From: Nanobdellota archaeon
GTDB lineage: Archaea; Nanobdellota; Nanobdellia; Woesearchaeales; JACPBV01
Reading direction: 5' to 3'
Assembly: GCA_018813685.1 (NCBI GenBank)
Contig: JAHJAV010000018.1
Coordinates: 9,576 to 73,575, forward strand
DNA: 64,000 bases
Shown: one piece after another, positions 8,849 to 19,772 of the stretch
Numbering within the stretch: the stretch's first letter is position 1
Layout: each line of letters starts with the position of its first letter
The notes under the pieces: model-generated
Seen by the model: only the letters and a program-made list of their open reading frames with translations
Told to the model about the DNA's origin: nothing
Databases searched by the model: none
Translations under genes and position numbers: made by a program

Positions 8849-9970
8849 TTACAGTTTTTTAACTACAGCATCCCCCATTTCTGAAGTAGTGTTTTTACCG
8901 CCAAGGTCTTTTGTTCTTACTTTTCCTTCTTTCAGGACTGATTCTATGGCTTTTACTATAATTTCTGCTGATTTGGGTTGTCCGATCTCATCTAACATCA
9001 TTGCTCCTGCCCAGATTGTTGCTAATGGATCAGCTATATTCATGCCTTTGTATTTTGGAGCAGAGCCGTGGATAGGCTCAAACATTGAAATTCCTTCTGG
9101 ATTAATGTTTCCGCCTGGTGCTAAGCCTAAGCCGCCTTGTATCATTGCACCTAAGTCTGTTATAATGTCTCCGAACATGTTTGGTGTAATGACTACCTTA
9201 AACCATTCGGGGTTTTTTACAAACCACATTGTGATTGCATCTACAAACATGAATTCGTGCTTTATTTTTGGGTATTGTTTTGCTATTATTTCTACATTCT
9301 CTCTCCAGAATCCGTAGATATCTGAAAGGACATTTGCTTTGTCTACAAAGTAAGCTGTTTCAACTTTTTCTTTTTTAGCTAATTCAAAGCCGTATTTTAT
9401 TACGCGTTGAGCTCCTTGTTTGCTCATTACTCCAATCTGGTAAGCGATCTCATCTGTGTTTTCTATGTCTAGGTTGAATTTTACTTTGTAAAGATCCCTA
9501 ATTACTTCTAATTCCTGCTTGCTTTTTCCTATTTTTGCCCTGTTTCCTATTCCGACATAGAAATCTTCAGTGTTCTCCCTTATAACTGTGAAGTTTATGT
9601 CCTTTGGGCCTTTGCCTTTTAGAGGGCAGTCTACTCCTCCTAATAATTTGATTGGCCTTAAGTTAACGTACTGGTCAAAATAGAATCTTGTCTTTAGCAA
9701 TATTCCTTTTTCTAATATTCCCGGCTTGCATCTTGGATCGCCTAGAGCGCCTAAGTAGATTGCCTTGCAGGTTTGTTTTATCTCTTTTAGAGTTTCTTCT
9801 GTGATAAGTTCGCCTGTTTTTAGGTATTTGTCTGCTCCGTTGTTGTAAGTTACCCAATCTATCTTGAAGTTGTTCTTGTCTGCTACTGCTTCTATTACTT
9901 TAACTCCTTCTGCTATGATTTCTGGGCCTATGCCATCACCTGGCATTTTTGCGATTTTGTAGGTTTTCAT
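8849..9970 (-). CDS. leuB: 3-isopropylmalate dehydrogenase
   Basis: [15 protein letters not shown]-terminus; isocitrate/isopropylmalate dehydrogenase family. Confidence 0.85.
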   Translation of the reverse strand: MKTYKIAKMPGDGIGPEIIAEGVKVIEAVADKNNFKIDWVTYNNGADKYLKTGELITEETLKEIKQTCKAIYLGALGDPRCKPGILEKGILLKTRFYFDQYVNLRPIKLLGGVDCPLKGKGPKDINFTVIRENTEDFYVGIGNRAKIGKSKQELEVIRDLYKVKFNLDIENTDEIAYQIGVMSKQGAQRVIKYGFELAKKEKVETAYFVDKANVLSDIYGFWRENVEIIAKQYPKIKHEFMFVDAITMWFVKNPEWFKVVITPNMFGDIITDLGAMIQGGLGLAPGGNINPEGISMFEPIHGSAPKYKGMNIADPLATIWAGAMMLDEIGQPKSAEIIVKAIESVLKEGKVRTKDLGGKNTTSEMGDAVVKKL

Positions 9971-9974
9971 TTTG

Positions 9975-10466
9975 TTATTTGTTTTTCTTTATGTAGTTCA
10001 ACAAACCTCCTGCTTTTATTATGTCAATTGCAAATTTTGGGAATGGAGTGAATTTGAATTCTTTTTTTGTTGTTAAGTTTTTTATTGTTCCTGATTCTAT
10101 GTCTATCTCTAGTTCGTCCTGGTCATTAATGTTTTTTGAAGCGTCTTTAAGCTCTATTGCATAAAAACCGTTGTTTATGCAGTTTCTGAAAAAGATTCTT
10201 GCAAAAGAGCCTGCTATTACTGCTTTTACACCTGAGCCCCTTAATGCCCAGACAGCGTGCTCTCTAGATGAGCCGCAGCCGAAGTTCTCTCCTGCTACGA
10301 TGAAGTCGCCTGGCTTTACTTTTTTTATGAAGGTTTTATCTAAGTCTTCCATTGCGAATTTTGCCAAGTCTGCTTCTTTGTCCATATTCAGGTATCTAGC
10401 TGGAATTATCTCGTCTGTGTTGATGTGGTCTTTTTTGTAGACGTGCGCTTTGCCTTTTAATATCAT
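9975..10466 (-). CDS. leuD: 3-isopropylmalate dehydratase small subunit
   Basis: Aconitase swivel-domain homology. Overlaps the leuC stop. Confidence 0.85.
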   Translation of the reverse strand: MILKGKAHVYKKDHINTDEIIPARYLNMDKEADLAKFAMEDLDKTFIKKVKPGDFIVAGENFGCGSSREHAVWALRGSGVKAVIAGSFARIFFRNCINNGFYAIELKDASKNINDQDELEIDIESGTIKNLTTKKEFKFTPFPKFAIDIIKAGGLLNYIKKNK

Positions 10467-11737
10467 TTTACATACTTCCTCGGGTCTGCTATCTTTCCTT
10501 CTATTGCTGAAGCTGAGACTGTTGCTGGAGAGGCCAAGTAGACTTTTGATTTTGGATGGCCCATTCTTCCTGTGAAGTTTCTGTTAGTGGTAGAGATACA
10601 TGTTTCTCCTTCTGCTAATATGCCCATATGACCACCTAAACATGCTCCGCATGTTGGTGTTGAAACTGTTGCACCAAATTCCATGAATATGTCTAACAAT
10701 CCTTCTTTATTAGCCTGCTTCCATATATCTGTTGTAGCAGGCACGACTATCATGCGTGTTCCTTTAGCTATTTTTTTTCCTTTTACTATTTGCGCTGCTA
10801 TCCTTAAGTCTTCTATCCTCCCATTTGTACAGCTTCCTAAGTAAGCCTGATCTACCTTTATATCCTGCATCTTGCTTATTTCAGACATTGTTTTTCCGTT
10901 GCTTGGAAGGTCTGGAAATGCTACAATGGGCTCTAGTTTTGAAACATCATATGTTTTAGTTTCTGAGTATTCTGCATCAGGGTCTGATCTGTAGATTTGA
11001 TATTGTGTTTTTGTCCTTTGTTTTACATAATCTTCTGTAGTCTTATCTGGCTCTATTATTCCTGATTTACCGCCTGCTTCTATTGCCATGTTTGTAATAG
11101 TCATCCTAGCTTCCATGCTTAAGCTCTTTATTGTGCTTCCTGTAAATTCCATTGCTTTGTATAAAGCTCCATCTACTCCGATGTCTGAGATTATCTTTAA
11201 GATGATATCCTTAGAGTAAACTCCTTTTGGAAGATTTCCGTTTATTACAAATTTTATTGATTCAGGAACCTTAAACCATAATTCGCCTGTTGAGAGGGCT
11301 GCTGCTAAATCAGTTGAGCCTATTCCTGTTGAGAATGCTCCAAAAGCACCATGAGTGCAAGTATGAGAATCACCACAAACAATTGTTATTCCTGGTACGA
11401 CATGGCCCTGCTCTGGCAAGATAGCGTGACAAACTCCATGCCTGCCTATGTCGTAGAATGTTTCTATCTTGTGTTTTTTTGCCCATTCTCTTATTCTTTT
11501 TACCATGTCTGCACTTTTTATGTCTTTATTTGGGACAAAGTGATCTGGAGTTACAACTACTTTATTGGGATTGAAAACTTTATCAGTGTTAGATTTTTCC
11601 AACATGTCTATAGCAGGTGTTGTAGTAACATCGTGGCACATGACTAGGTCTATCTTAGCATTTATCAATTCTCCTGGCTTTACTTCTTTTTTATTGCAAT
11701 GTTTTGCAAGTATCTTTTCTGTAATTGTTTGTGACAT
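10463..11737 (-). CDS. leuC: 3-isopropylmalate dehydratase large subunit
   Basis: Aconitase family; [14 protein letters not shown] Fe-S ligand region. Confidence 0.9.
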   Translation of the reverse strand: MSQTITEKILAKHCNKKEVKPGELINAKIDLVMCHDVTTTPAIDMLEKSNTDKVFNPNKVVVTPDHFVPNKDIKSADMVKRIREWAKKHKIETFYDIGRHGVCHAILPEQGHVVPGITIVCGDSHTCTHGAFGAFSTGIGSTDLAAALSTGELWFKVPESIKFVINGNLPKGVYSKDIILKIISDIGVDGALYKAMEFTGSTIKSLSMEARMTITNMAIEAGGKSGIIEPDKTTEDYVKQRTKTQYQIYRSDPDAEYSETKTYDVSKLEPIVAFPDLPSNGKTMSEISKMQDIKVDQAYLGSCTNGRIEDLRIAAQIVKGKKIAKGTRMIVVPATTDIWKQANKEGLLDIFMEFGATVSTPTCGACLGGHMGILAEGETCISTTNRNFTGRMGHPKSKVYLASPATVSASAIEGKIADPRKYVK

Positions 11738-11738
11738 T

Positions 11739-12386
11739 TTATTCTCCTATTTGGCAAATGAATATCAGATGATTGACTGTTTTTTTCATAAAACAGCTGT
11801 ATTCATCTATATACTCATTCTTAAGTATTTTATCATTATTAAAAAACCTTTGCATTTCTTCTTTTGTAAAGTAATGGCGGGGAATCTCTTTATCTGGAAT
11901 ATTAAGGCCGATATAAGTTCCGGAAGATATCTCCTTAGTTTCTTTTGTCTTAACCTTTTCAAAAAAATGTATTGAAGGAACGACCAATAAGATTATCCCA
12001 CCTGGTTTTACCACCCTTTTTATCTCTGAAATGTATCTTTCTATTTGTTTTAGGTTTCCATGCGCCAATACGTTAGTTGAAATCAACGTATCAAAAAAAT
12101 TGTCTTCAAAAGGGATTTTTGAGATATCCCCATGGATTATATATTTTGGAGGAAGGTTTTTCTTTTTCAATGATGCTAAGGCGTAATCTGAATTATCTAT
12201 TCCGTAAACTTCAAAGCCTTCCTGCCTTAAATAAAAAAGGTTTCTTCCTATGCCACACCCATGATCCAATATTTTTTTGCAATTGTTGCCTTTTAGTGTT
12301 TTAACTAATTTGGTGACTTCTGGGTGGGGTTTTTCTTCGCCCATCTTTTCTGTCCTTTTTTTGTGAAATTTATCCCATTCTTTCAT
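11739..12386 (-). CDS. class I SAM-dependent methyltransferase
   Basis: [11 protein letters not shown] motif I. Confidence 0.7.
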   Translation of the reverse strand: MKEWDKFHKKRTEKMGEEKPHPEVTKLVKTLKGNNCKKILDHGCGIGRNLFYLRQEGFEVYGIDNSDYALASLKKKNLPPKYIIHGDISKIPFEDNFFDTLISTNVLAHGNLKQIERYISEIKRVVKPGGIILLVVPSIHFFEKVKTKETKEISSGTYIGLNIPDKEIPRHYFTKEEMQRFFNNDKILKNEYIDEYSCFMKKTVNHLIFICQIGE

Positions 12387-12387
12387 T

Positions 12388-12645
12388 TTAATCAGTTATT
12401 TCCGGCCTATCGTCTTCTATCTTACGCTCTATGCACTGCGCAAGGGCGTTCAGCTTTTCTTCGAATATGGGCTGAAGGCACTCAGGAATGTGCTTTTTCT
12501 TTGTCCTATGGATATTAATACATTCGAAGCATTTGCCGTGCCACTCACACTTCTGAGTGCATGAGCATTCATCAAGGGATTTGTCTTTGATTATTCCCCT
12601 GGATTTTTCAAGTATTTTATTGAACTTTTTTCTTGTGAACTTCAT
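12388..12645 (-). CDS. small cysteine-rich protein (putative Zn-binding)
   Basis: CxC...C...CxxC spacing. Overlaps the methyltransferase start. Confidence 0.4.
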   Translation of the reverse strand: MKFTRKKFNKILEKSRGIIKDKSLDECSCTQKCEWHGKCFECINIHRTKKKHIPECLQPIFEEKLNALAQCIERKIEDDRPEITD

Positions 12646-12742
12646 AGTATATTTGAGTTATTGGAAAGTATATAAAAGTATGTTGTACCTAAAGGGTACA
12701 ACTATCGAAAGATTTATATCTATGCCCATATTTTTAGGCACC

Positions 12743-13474
12743 ATGGAAGAACATGTATTAATCAAGGCTGGCCTGACGGCAAATGAATCAAGGATATATC
12801 TTTTGCTGTTGAAGAGCCAAGAGGCGATTGCTTCGGATATTGCAAAGCAGACAGAGATATCAAGACCGCATGTGTATGATTCTATAAACAAACTGATTGA
12901 GAAAGGATTGGTGTCTTATGTGATAAAAGACCATAAGAGATATTTTAAGGCAGCTAATCCAAATGAACTGATCAATTATCTTGAAGAAGAGAAGAGCAGG
13001 ATAGATGATAAGAAGAAGGAGATTACGGGATTTATGCCTAAATTGCTTAAGATGCATAAGGAAATGAAAGCAAAGTCTTCTGTAGAAGTTTATGAAGGAA
13101 AAGAAGGGCTAAAGACTGTACTTATGGATATTATAAATAATTGTAAGAGCTTTACTGCTTTTGGCGCAACGCATAAGTTTGAAGGTGTTTTGCCTGTTTT
13201 TTCTAAACTCTTTGTGAAAATAAGAGAAGAGAAAAAGATTAAGGCAGATATTCTTGCTGTAGAAGGAGAGAATCCAATAAAGACAAAGATGAATAACTAT
13301 AGGTGGATACCTAAAGAGTATTCATTGCCATCTTCTACTATAATGTATGGTGATAAGACTGCTATTTTGCTTTGGAGCGGTGAGCCATTTGGGATTATAA
13401 TAAAAAGCAAAGAGATAACTAATTCTTACAATAGTTATTTTAAATTACTTTGGAAGATTGGGAAGAAGAAATAA
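12743..13474 (+). CDS. TrmB-family transcriptional regulator
   Basis: N-terminal wHTH (LTANESRIYLLLLK...ISRPHVYDSINKLIEKGLV). The start was chosen at the internal ATG (12743) to avoid overlap with the convergent Cys-rich ORF. Confidence 0.55.
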   Translation: MEEHVLIKAGLTANESRIYLLLLKSQEAIASDIAKQTEISRPHVYDSINKLIEKGLVSYVIKDHKRYFKAANPNELINYLEEEKSRIDDKKKEITGFMPKLLKMHKEMKAKSSVEVYEGKEGLKTVLMDIINNCKSFTAFGATHKFEGVLPVFSKLFVKIREEKKIKADILAVEGENPIKTKMNNYRWIPKEYSLPSSTIMYGDKTAILLWSGEPFGIIIKSKEITNSYNSYFKLLWKIGKKK

Positions 13475-13490
13475 ATAAAAGACTTTTGTA

Positions 13491-14660
13491 TTAAGGGGCA
13501 AAGCAAACATTTTTCTTGCATGCGATCTTGCCAAATAACTGTATCCAAAAAGGGCTTATCATCAAGCTTAGGGTTATAACTGCCAATGTCAGTTGATAAA
13601 TATTATTGTCTATGATTCCAAGGGTTAAGCCAGCTGCCCCAAGCACAAAACTGAATTCACCTAATTGTGATAAAAGAGAGCCACCATACAGGCTTCGCCT
13701 CAATTGACCGCCTAACATACGGAAAATAACTGAATTAATCAAAGTGTTAAGAATAAGAACTGAAAGGACAAGAGAAAACACTAATGCAATATTGTTTAAT
13801 ACGTAGGAAATATCAAGAAGCATACCAATCGAGACAAAGAATAATGCAACGAAAATAATCCGTATGGGCTTTATGCTTGACTGTATCCAGCTTGTTTCCC
13901 TGGCTATACCTACTGTAATCCCGCCGATGAAAGCACCTAAGGCAGGCGAAAGGCCAAATATTTCAGTAAGGAGGGCAAAACCAAAACAGATTGAAAGCGC
14001 TGCAAAGACCTGCAATTCCTGATGCGATCTTATCTTTTTTATGAATGGAAACTTCCATCTCCTTATATGGAATAGCCATATGATGAAAGAAATTATCAAT
14101 ATTCCCATGAATAATTGTGATCCAATCCTGATGAGGTTCATGTTATCTTTAGCCATCAGCGATAATATAATCAGCATAGGGATGACTGAAAGGTCCTGCA
14201 CTATAAGTATACCCAAAACGTCTCTTCCTGTCTTCGTCTCGATCTCTTTACGATCCTCTAAAAGCCTGACAACAAGGGCTGTACTGCTAAGGCTTATAAC
14301 AAAACCAAGCAAGATACTTGCAGCAATTCCAATATTAAAAAAAGAACCTATACCAAAGACAACAGCTACACTTATTATGATCTGAAGAGTAGTTCCTATA
14401 ATCGAAACTCTCCAGTTCGATAAAAGACGGGTAATGCATATTTCCATACCTACAAAAAATAATAAGATTATCACGCCGAGCTCACCTATGCTTTGTATCA
14501 GTTGAGTGTTTGAAATAAGCATTAAGCCGTGCGGGCCTATTACCATGCCTGCAATAAGGTATGCTATTACAAACGGCTGCTTAAGAAACGTAAATAATAA
14601 TCCAATCAACAATAAGCTAATCACAAGTGTATCAAAGGTTATAAGGGATAGATTTGGCAT
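13491..14660 (-). CDS. monovalent cation:proton antiporter (CPA2/Kef-type)
   Basis: Multi-TM protein with an N-terminus typical of Na+/H+ exchanger family proteins. Confidence 0.7.
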   Translation of the reverse strand: MPNLSLITFDTLVISLLLIGLLFTFLKQPFVIAYLIAGMVIGPHGLMLISNTQLIQSIGELGVIILLFFVGMEICITRLLSNWRVSIIGTTLQIIISVAVVFGIGSFFNIGIAASILLGFVISLSSTALVVRLLEDRKEIETKTGRDVLGILIVQDLSVIPMLIILSLMAKDNMNLIRIGSQLFMGILIISFIIWLFHIRRWKFPFIKKIRSHQELQVFAALSICFGFALLTEIFGLSPALGAFIGGITVGIARETSWIQSSIKPIRIIFVALFFVSIGMLLDISYVLNNIALVFSLVLSVLILNTLINSVIFRMLGGQLRRSLYGGSLLSQLGEFSFVLGAAGLTLGIIDNNIYQLTLAVITLSLMISPFWIQLFGKIACKKNVCFAP

Positions 14661-14704
14661 TGTCCTATCACCTATTTCCCAATATGAACTTTATTTTTGT
14701 GATT

Positions 14705-15193
14705 TTAACCTCTAGAAACTGCTGTTACGCCAGTTCTTGAGACTTCTTTAACTCCAAATTGCTTCATGAGCTCTATGAATGAGTCTATCTTATCAGGATC
14801 CCCTATGAGCTCTGCAGTTATTGTCTTTGGAGTTATGTCTACTATCTTTGTCTTGTAGATCTTAGTGTATCTTAAAATCTCGTCTTTTGCTTTTTTGTTT
14901 GAGATTGCTACTTTAATCAGGCAAAGTTCCCTGATTATAGATTTGTCTTCTGTCATTTCCATTACTTTGATTGTGTCAATCAGTTTGTTTACCTGTTTTT
15001 CAACCTGTTCAAGTATCTGATCATCCCCTATTACAGTTATAACCATCTTACTGACTCCTGCTTTTGTGGTTTTTCCGACTGTGATTGTATCTATGTTAAA
15101 GCCTCTTCTTGCGAACATTCCTGCTATTCTTGTCAGCACCCCTGGCTGGTCTTCAACAAGCATTGAAATTACGTGCCTTTTTTCTTTTGTCAT
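14705..15193 (-). CDS. ilvH: acetolactate synthase small (regulatory) subunit
   Basis: ACT domain MLVEDQPGVLTRIAGMFARRGFNI. Confidence 0.85.
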   Translation of the reverse strand: MTKEKRHVISMLVEDQPGVLTRIAGMFARRGFNIDTITVGKTTKAGVSKMVITVIGDDQILEQVEKQVNKLIDTIKVMEMTEDKSIIRELCLIKVAISNKKAKDEILRYTKIYKTKIVDITPKTITAELIGDPDKIDSFIELMKQFGVKEVSRTGVTAVSRG

Positions 15194-15254
15194 TACAAAT
15201 CACCTCCGGTGAGTTCTAATGGTCTCAAAAAATAAATTTTTTGAACCATATTTA

Positions 15255-16967
15255 TCAGCCCTCAAAATATTTTCCCGGGCCTGCCATACAGCCGCCAAAG
15301 GCATCTTTAAGATTACCCCCTGGCAAAAGCATTGGCAGTACATTTGATTCTTCTTCTATCTGAATATCTAGGATAGTAGTAGTGTCGTTCTTTATTGCCT
15401 GCTTTATAGCCGACTCTAGTTCTGATTTTTTTGCAACCCTGATTCCTTTCAAGCCATATGCGTCTGCTACTTTCAGGAAGTCTGGAGTTGTACCTAGGTA
15501 AACCTCTGAATAACGCTTATCTGAAAATAATTCAAGCCACTGTCTGACCATCCCCAAATAAGAGTTGTTCATTATCATTATTATTATCTTGATTCCTGCT
15601 TCTTTTATTGTCCCTAATTCCTGAATAGTCATCTGGAATGAGCCATCGCCATCTATTAGGAAAACGTTTACATCAGGCTTAGCAACTTTTGCGCCTATTG
15701 CTGCCGGAAGACCGAAACCCATTGTTCCTGCGCCGCCTGAACTGATGAATGTTCTTGGCTTTCTCATCCTTAAGAAATGGCCTGCGAACATCTGGTGCTG
15801 GCCAACTCCTGTAACAACTATGTCTTCTGGTTTCATCAGTTTGTTTAATTCGAGCATAACTGTTTTGGGATGGATTCTTTTGCCTTCTTTGATAGGAACG
15901 CATTCATCACAGTATTTTTTGTAATGCTTTATTGTTTTTGTCCATTCTGTTTTCTCTTTTGTCTGGAGTTTTTTTAGTTCTGCTGTTAATTGGGTTATGA
16001 TTTCTTTTGCATCTCCAACTATAGGGATATCTATCTTAACGTTCTTTCCTATTTCAGCAGGGTCTATATCTGCATGGATAACTTTAGCGTTCTCTACATA
16101 TGTTTTTAGATTTCCTGTAATCCTATCTGAGAACCTGCAGCCTATTGTGATCAGTAAGTCGGTCTTCAAAGTAGCGTAATTTGCTATTTTTCTTCCGTGC
16201 ATTCCAACTGTGCCTAAGCTTAATGGGTGAGTTTCATCAAATATTCCTTTTGCCATGAATGTTGTTGAAACTGGGATTTTTGTTAAGCTGACTAATTCAG
16301 CAAGCTCTTTTGAAGCTTCTGATATTACAACTCCCTGGCCTATCAGGAGAAGTGGCCTTTCTGATTTGGCTATTGCTTCTGCTGCTTTTTTTATCTGGAT
16401 AGGATTGGGCATTTTTGTTGGCTGAAATCCAGCTATGTTAACTTCAGTTGGGATAGGCTCTGTAACTTCGCCTGTCATTGTATCTTTTGGGAGGTCTATA
16501 TAAACAGGGCCTGGCCTTCCTTCTACTGCAATCTTAAATGATTTCATTATCATAGGGGCCATCTGATTAGGTGTTCTAACCTGATAATTGTGTTTTGTTA
16601 TAGGTAAGGTGATTCCCATCATGTCTGTTTCCTGGAATGCGTCGTTTCCAATCAATGATGTTGGAACCTGACCGCCAAATGCTATTATAGGAATAGAGTC
16701 CATATAAGCATCGGCTATTCCTGTAACTAAGTTACAAGCGCCTGGGCCCGATGTTGCTATACAAACAGCTGGTTTTCCTGAAGCTCTTGCATAGCCTTCT
16801 GCTGCATGGGCTGCTCCCTGCTCGTGCCTTACTAAGATATTTTTTATCTTTCCTTTATAGTCAAGGTAAGCGTCGAATAGAGGTATAACTGAACCGCCGG
16901 GAAATCCGAATGTTACATCTATTCCCTGCTTGATCAATGTTTCAATCAATATGTGTGCTCCGTTCAT
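15255..16967 (-). CDS. ilvB: acetolactate synthase large subunit
   Basis: TPP enzyme family; GGSVIPLFDA and GDGSFQM motifs. Confidence 0.9.
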   Translation of the reverse strand: MNGAHILIETLIKQGIDVTFGFPGGSVIPLFDAYLDYKGKIKNILVRHEQGAAHAAEGYARASGKPAVCIATSGPGACNLVTGIADAYMDSIPIIAFGGQVPTSLIGNDAFQETDMMGITLPITKHNYQVRTPNQMAPMIMKSFKIAVEGRPGPVYIDLPKDTMTGEVTEPIPTEVNIAGFQPTKMPNPIQIKKAAEAIAKSERPLLLIGQGVVISEASKELAELVSLTKIPVSTTFMAKGIFDETHPLSLGTVGMHGRKIANYATLKTDLLITIGCRFSDRITGNLKTYVENAKVIHADIDPAEIGKNVKIDIPIVGDAKEIITQLTAELKKLQTKEKTEWTKTIKHYKKYCDECVPIKEGKRIHPKTVMLELNKLMKPEDIVVTGVGQHQMFAGHFLRMRKPRTFISSGGAGTMGFGLPAAIGAKVAKPDVNVFLIDGDGSFQMTIQELGTIKEAGIKIIIMIMNNSYLGMVRQWLELFSDKRYSEVYLGTTPDFLKVADAYGLKGIRVAKKSELESAIKQAIKNDTTTILDIQIEEESNVLPMLLPGGNLKDAFGGCMAGPGKYFEG

Positions 16968-17003
16968 TTTATCACCATTGTTATTGTTGTTGTTGGTTTT
17001 TCT

Positions 17004-18578
17004 TTAGTATTGTGCATGAATCCTGTTTCCTTTTTTATTTCTTTGGAAATTCAATGCTTTGTTCATGCCTTTTATCAATGCTATTGCTGATGCCATCATG
17101 ATATCTTCATTAACTGCTTCTGCCTTGAATATATTTCCTTTTTTGTCCTGGATCTTTATTGATACGTCTGCCAATGCATCTGTGCCGCCAGTGATCGCTT
17201 TAAGACCGTATTCTTTTAATGTGATTGAAGGGTCTATCATTGTGCGTATGGCATGACTAACAGCATCAACAGGACCGACTCCTTTACCAGTCCCTGTTTT
17301 CTTTTTTCCGTCGATGATCAAAGTTACTGCTGCTTCTGGCTGCATCTTGTTTCCTGTTGACACTTTTATCTCATCAAGTTTTATTATCTCCTCATCTTTT
17401 GAAAGTTCTCCTGCAATGTCTGTAGCTATTGCTATGATATCTTCCCGCATGACAACCTTTTGTTTATCAGCAAGCTCTTTTACTTTGATTATTACTTTTT
17501 CAACCTGTTCTTTAGTAAGATCATAACCCATCTCTTTTAAGGCGTTTTCTACTGCATGCTTTCCAGAGTGTTTTCCAATAACAAATGTTGTTCCTATCCA
17601 CCCTATCTCTTCTGGCTTCATTATCTCATAGGTCAACTTGTTCATCAACATACCATGCTGGTGTATGCCTGCTTCGTGGGCAAATGCATTAGATCCTACA
17701 ATTGCCTTGTTTCTCTGAACTGCAATTCCTGTCAATGATGAAACTAATTGTGATGTTTTGAAAATCTCTTTTGTGTTTATTCCGGTTGTTATATCTTTGA
17801 AAAAGTCCTTTCTTGTCTTTAAGTTCATCACTACTTCTTCTAAGCTGCAATTGCCTGCTCTTTCGCCGATGCCGTTTATAGTGCACTCTACCTGAGTTGC
17901 ACCGTTATTTACTGCTTCTAATGAGTTTGCTACAGCCAGGCCTAAGTCATTGTGGCAATGTATGCTTATGACTACTTTGTTTGATTTTATTATGTTATTT
18001 AGCTTTTCGAAAACATATTTTATTCTCTTTCCGAATTCTTCTGGCTCTGCATAGCCTACTGTGTCTGGGATGTTGATTGTGGTTGCTCCTGCTTCGATCA
18101 CTGCTTTGATTATATCACACATGTAGTCTAGGTCTGTTCTTGCAGAGTCTTCTGGGCTGAATTCAATGTCTTTGCACAATGATCTTGCGTGTTTTACTGC
18201 GTCTACTGCCATCTGCATGACTTCTTCTTTTGATTTTCTTAGCTTGTTGTCCATATGCACTTGTGAAGTTGCAATAAAGGTGTGAATTCTAGGTTTTTTT
18301 GAATATTTTACAGCTTCCCATGCCCTGTCAATATCTTCCTTTCTTGTTCTGGCTAATCCGCAGATTATTGGGCCTTTTATTTCTTTAGCGATTAATTTAA
18401 CAGATTCAAAATCACCTTCTGAGCTTATAGGGAAACCTGCTTCAATTACGTCAACTCCTAATTTAGCTAGCTGTTTAGCTACTATAATCTTCTCCTGCAT
18501 TGTCAAGGATGCTCCCGGAGACTGCTCGCCATCCCTTAATGTTGTGTCGAAAATGATTATTTTCTTCATGATGTTCAC
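17004..18578 (-). CDS. leuA: 2-isopropylmalate synthase (or citramalate synthase)
   Basis: IFDTTLRDGEQSPGASL plus HCHNDLGLAVAN, with a C-terminal regulatory domain. Confidence 0.85.
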   Translation of the reverse strand: MNIMKKIIIFDTTLRDGEQSPGASLTMQEKIIVAKQLAKLGVDVIEAGFPISSEGDFESVKLIAKEIKGPIICGLARTRKEDIDRAWEAVKYSKKPRIHTFIATSQVHMDNKLRKSKEEVMQMAVDAVKHARSLCKDIEFSPEDSARTDLDYMCDIIKAVIEAGATTINIPDTVGYAEPEEFGKRIKYVFEKLNNIIKSNKVVISIHCHNDLGLAVANSLEAVNNGATQVECTINGIGERAGNCSLEEVVMNLKTRKDFFKDITTGINTKEIFKTSQLVSSLTGIAVQRNKAIVGSNAFAHEAGIHQHGMLMNKLTYEIMKPEEIGWIGTTFVIGKHSGKHAVENALKEMGYDLTKEQVEKVIIKVKELADKQKVVMREDIIAIATDIAGELSKDEEIIKLDEIKVSTGNKMQPEAAVTLIIDGKKKTGTGKGVGPVDAVSHAIRTMIDPSITLKEYGLKAITGGTDALADVSIKIQDKKGNIFKAEAVNEDIMMASAIALIKGMNKALNFQRNKKGNRIHAQY

Positions 18579-18840
18579 CTTTTGTGTTTAGTTTTATAAA
18601 TCTTTCCTCTGCTTATTTTTATAGCATTATAAAAAGTAAAATTTTATCCGCTGGCCCTTAATTCCTGTTTAAAGAACTAGGGCAATCATAACACCAGAAC
18701 CAATAGAAGTAGAACTAACAAGAATGTAAATGATTTGAACGAGTTAGTTCGTTTCATAATAAGTTAGAATATGGATTTTATATTTAAAGGTTTGTTTTTT
18801 GTTTAGAGTTATAGTAAAAAATCCAAAATTAGTTTATATG

Positions 18841-19013
18841 AAAAACCCAACCACAACATAGGCTTAATGATAGTTTATTTGAAAAAATCCAGCCATCCAT
18901 GACGGCCTACGGACAAAACTTCGTTTTGCCCTACTCGCCACCCCGTAGGGGGCATCCCCCGGCTCGTCTGCGTCATGGCTGGATTTTTTCTCGCCATGTT
19001 GTTGGGTTTTTTA
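18841..19013. repeat. GC-rich structured element B inside a long nested inverted repeat
   Basis: Outer IR aaaaacccaaccacaacat / atgttgttgggttttt; inner IR aaaaaatccagccat(ccat)gacgg / cgtcatggctggatttttt. Core has a caaaac-UUCG-gttttg tetraloop hairpin and a cccc-gta-gggg hairpin. Its 5' and 3' modules match the ends of element A. Confidence 0.55.
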
Positions 19014-19112
19014 AAAATAGAAATGTCGGAAAAGCTTTGCTTTTCTGAGCATTTTAGTTTTTGCTTTGCAAAAACCAAAAGGTTTAAATAGTACCTAACC
19101 TTATCTAGGGTT

Positions 19113-19772
19113 ATGTTAACAAAAAATGTACTTTTATATGAAGAACCGATAAAGAGAATACTCGGAAAAGTAGAGTTAGAAACCATATATAAAAAAATTG
19201 AGGGAAAACAATTGAAACAGGTTGAGATGAACTATCTTTCAAGATCTATCCGCCCTAAATTGATTGCTGCAAGAATGATCTCACAAGAAAATATACTTGA
19301 AAGAATCAACAAAAGAACAAGAAGAGAACAATCTTTAATAGAATTTAACCTATCTAATTATGGATATGAGATGATTTCTATAAAACGCAAAAAGCATAAA
19401 AAGTTACCTATTGAAGAACTGATAGTTGAAATAATCATTAAGTATCCTTCGGCACGTTTTATAGAGGCTATACCTTTTTTGATTATAAAAAATAAAATTG
19501 GGGGATTTAAACTTCTTGAATTAGCCACCAGGTACGGAATCAAGAATAAGGTAGGATATTTAATTGAAACTGTATTTATGATAAGGCCAATTCCACAATT
19601 AAAGGGATTGCTAGATTATTTAATAAAGAATAAAGAAAATGAAATGTCCTTTCTTGTTGAGGGAGATGAGGAATTCCTTAGGAAAACTTCCCCTGAGAGG
19701 GTTAGGAAATGGAATCTGCTTGGAAGATTTTTTGATGAGGACTTTAAAAAACTTGCAAAGGTGTACCTATGA
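19113..19772 (+). CDS. hypothetical protein, upstream partner of a nucleotidyltransferase
   Basis: 219-aa ORF overlapping the next gene by 4 bp (ATGA). Confidence 0.4.
   Translation: MLTKNVLLYEEPIKRILGKVELETIYKKIEGKQLKQVEMNYLSRSIRPKLIAARMISQENILERINKRTRREQSLIEFNLSNYGYEMISIKRKKHKKLPIEELIVEIIIKYPSARFIEAIPFLIIKNKIGGFKLLELATRYGIKNKVGYLIETVFMIRPIPQLKGLLDYLIKNKENEMSFLVEGDEEFLRKTSPERVRKWNLLGRFFDEDFKKLAKVYL

Noticed and set aside
18875-19186. 103-aa ORF on the minus strand across element B
   Set aside because: It is read through the nested inverted repeat and GC-rich structured core. Its composition is driven by the repeat and not by coding constraints.
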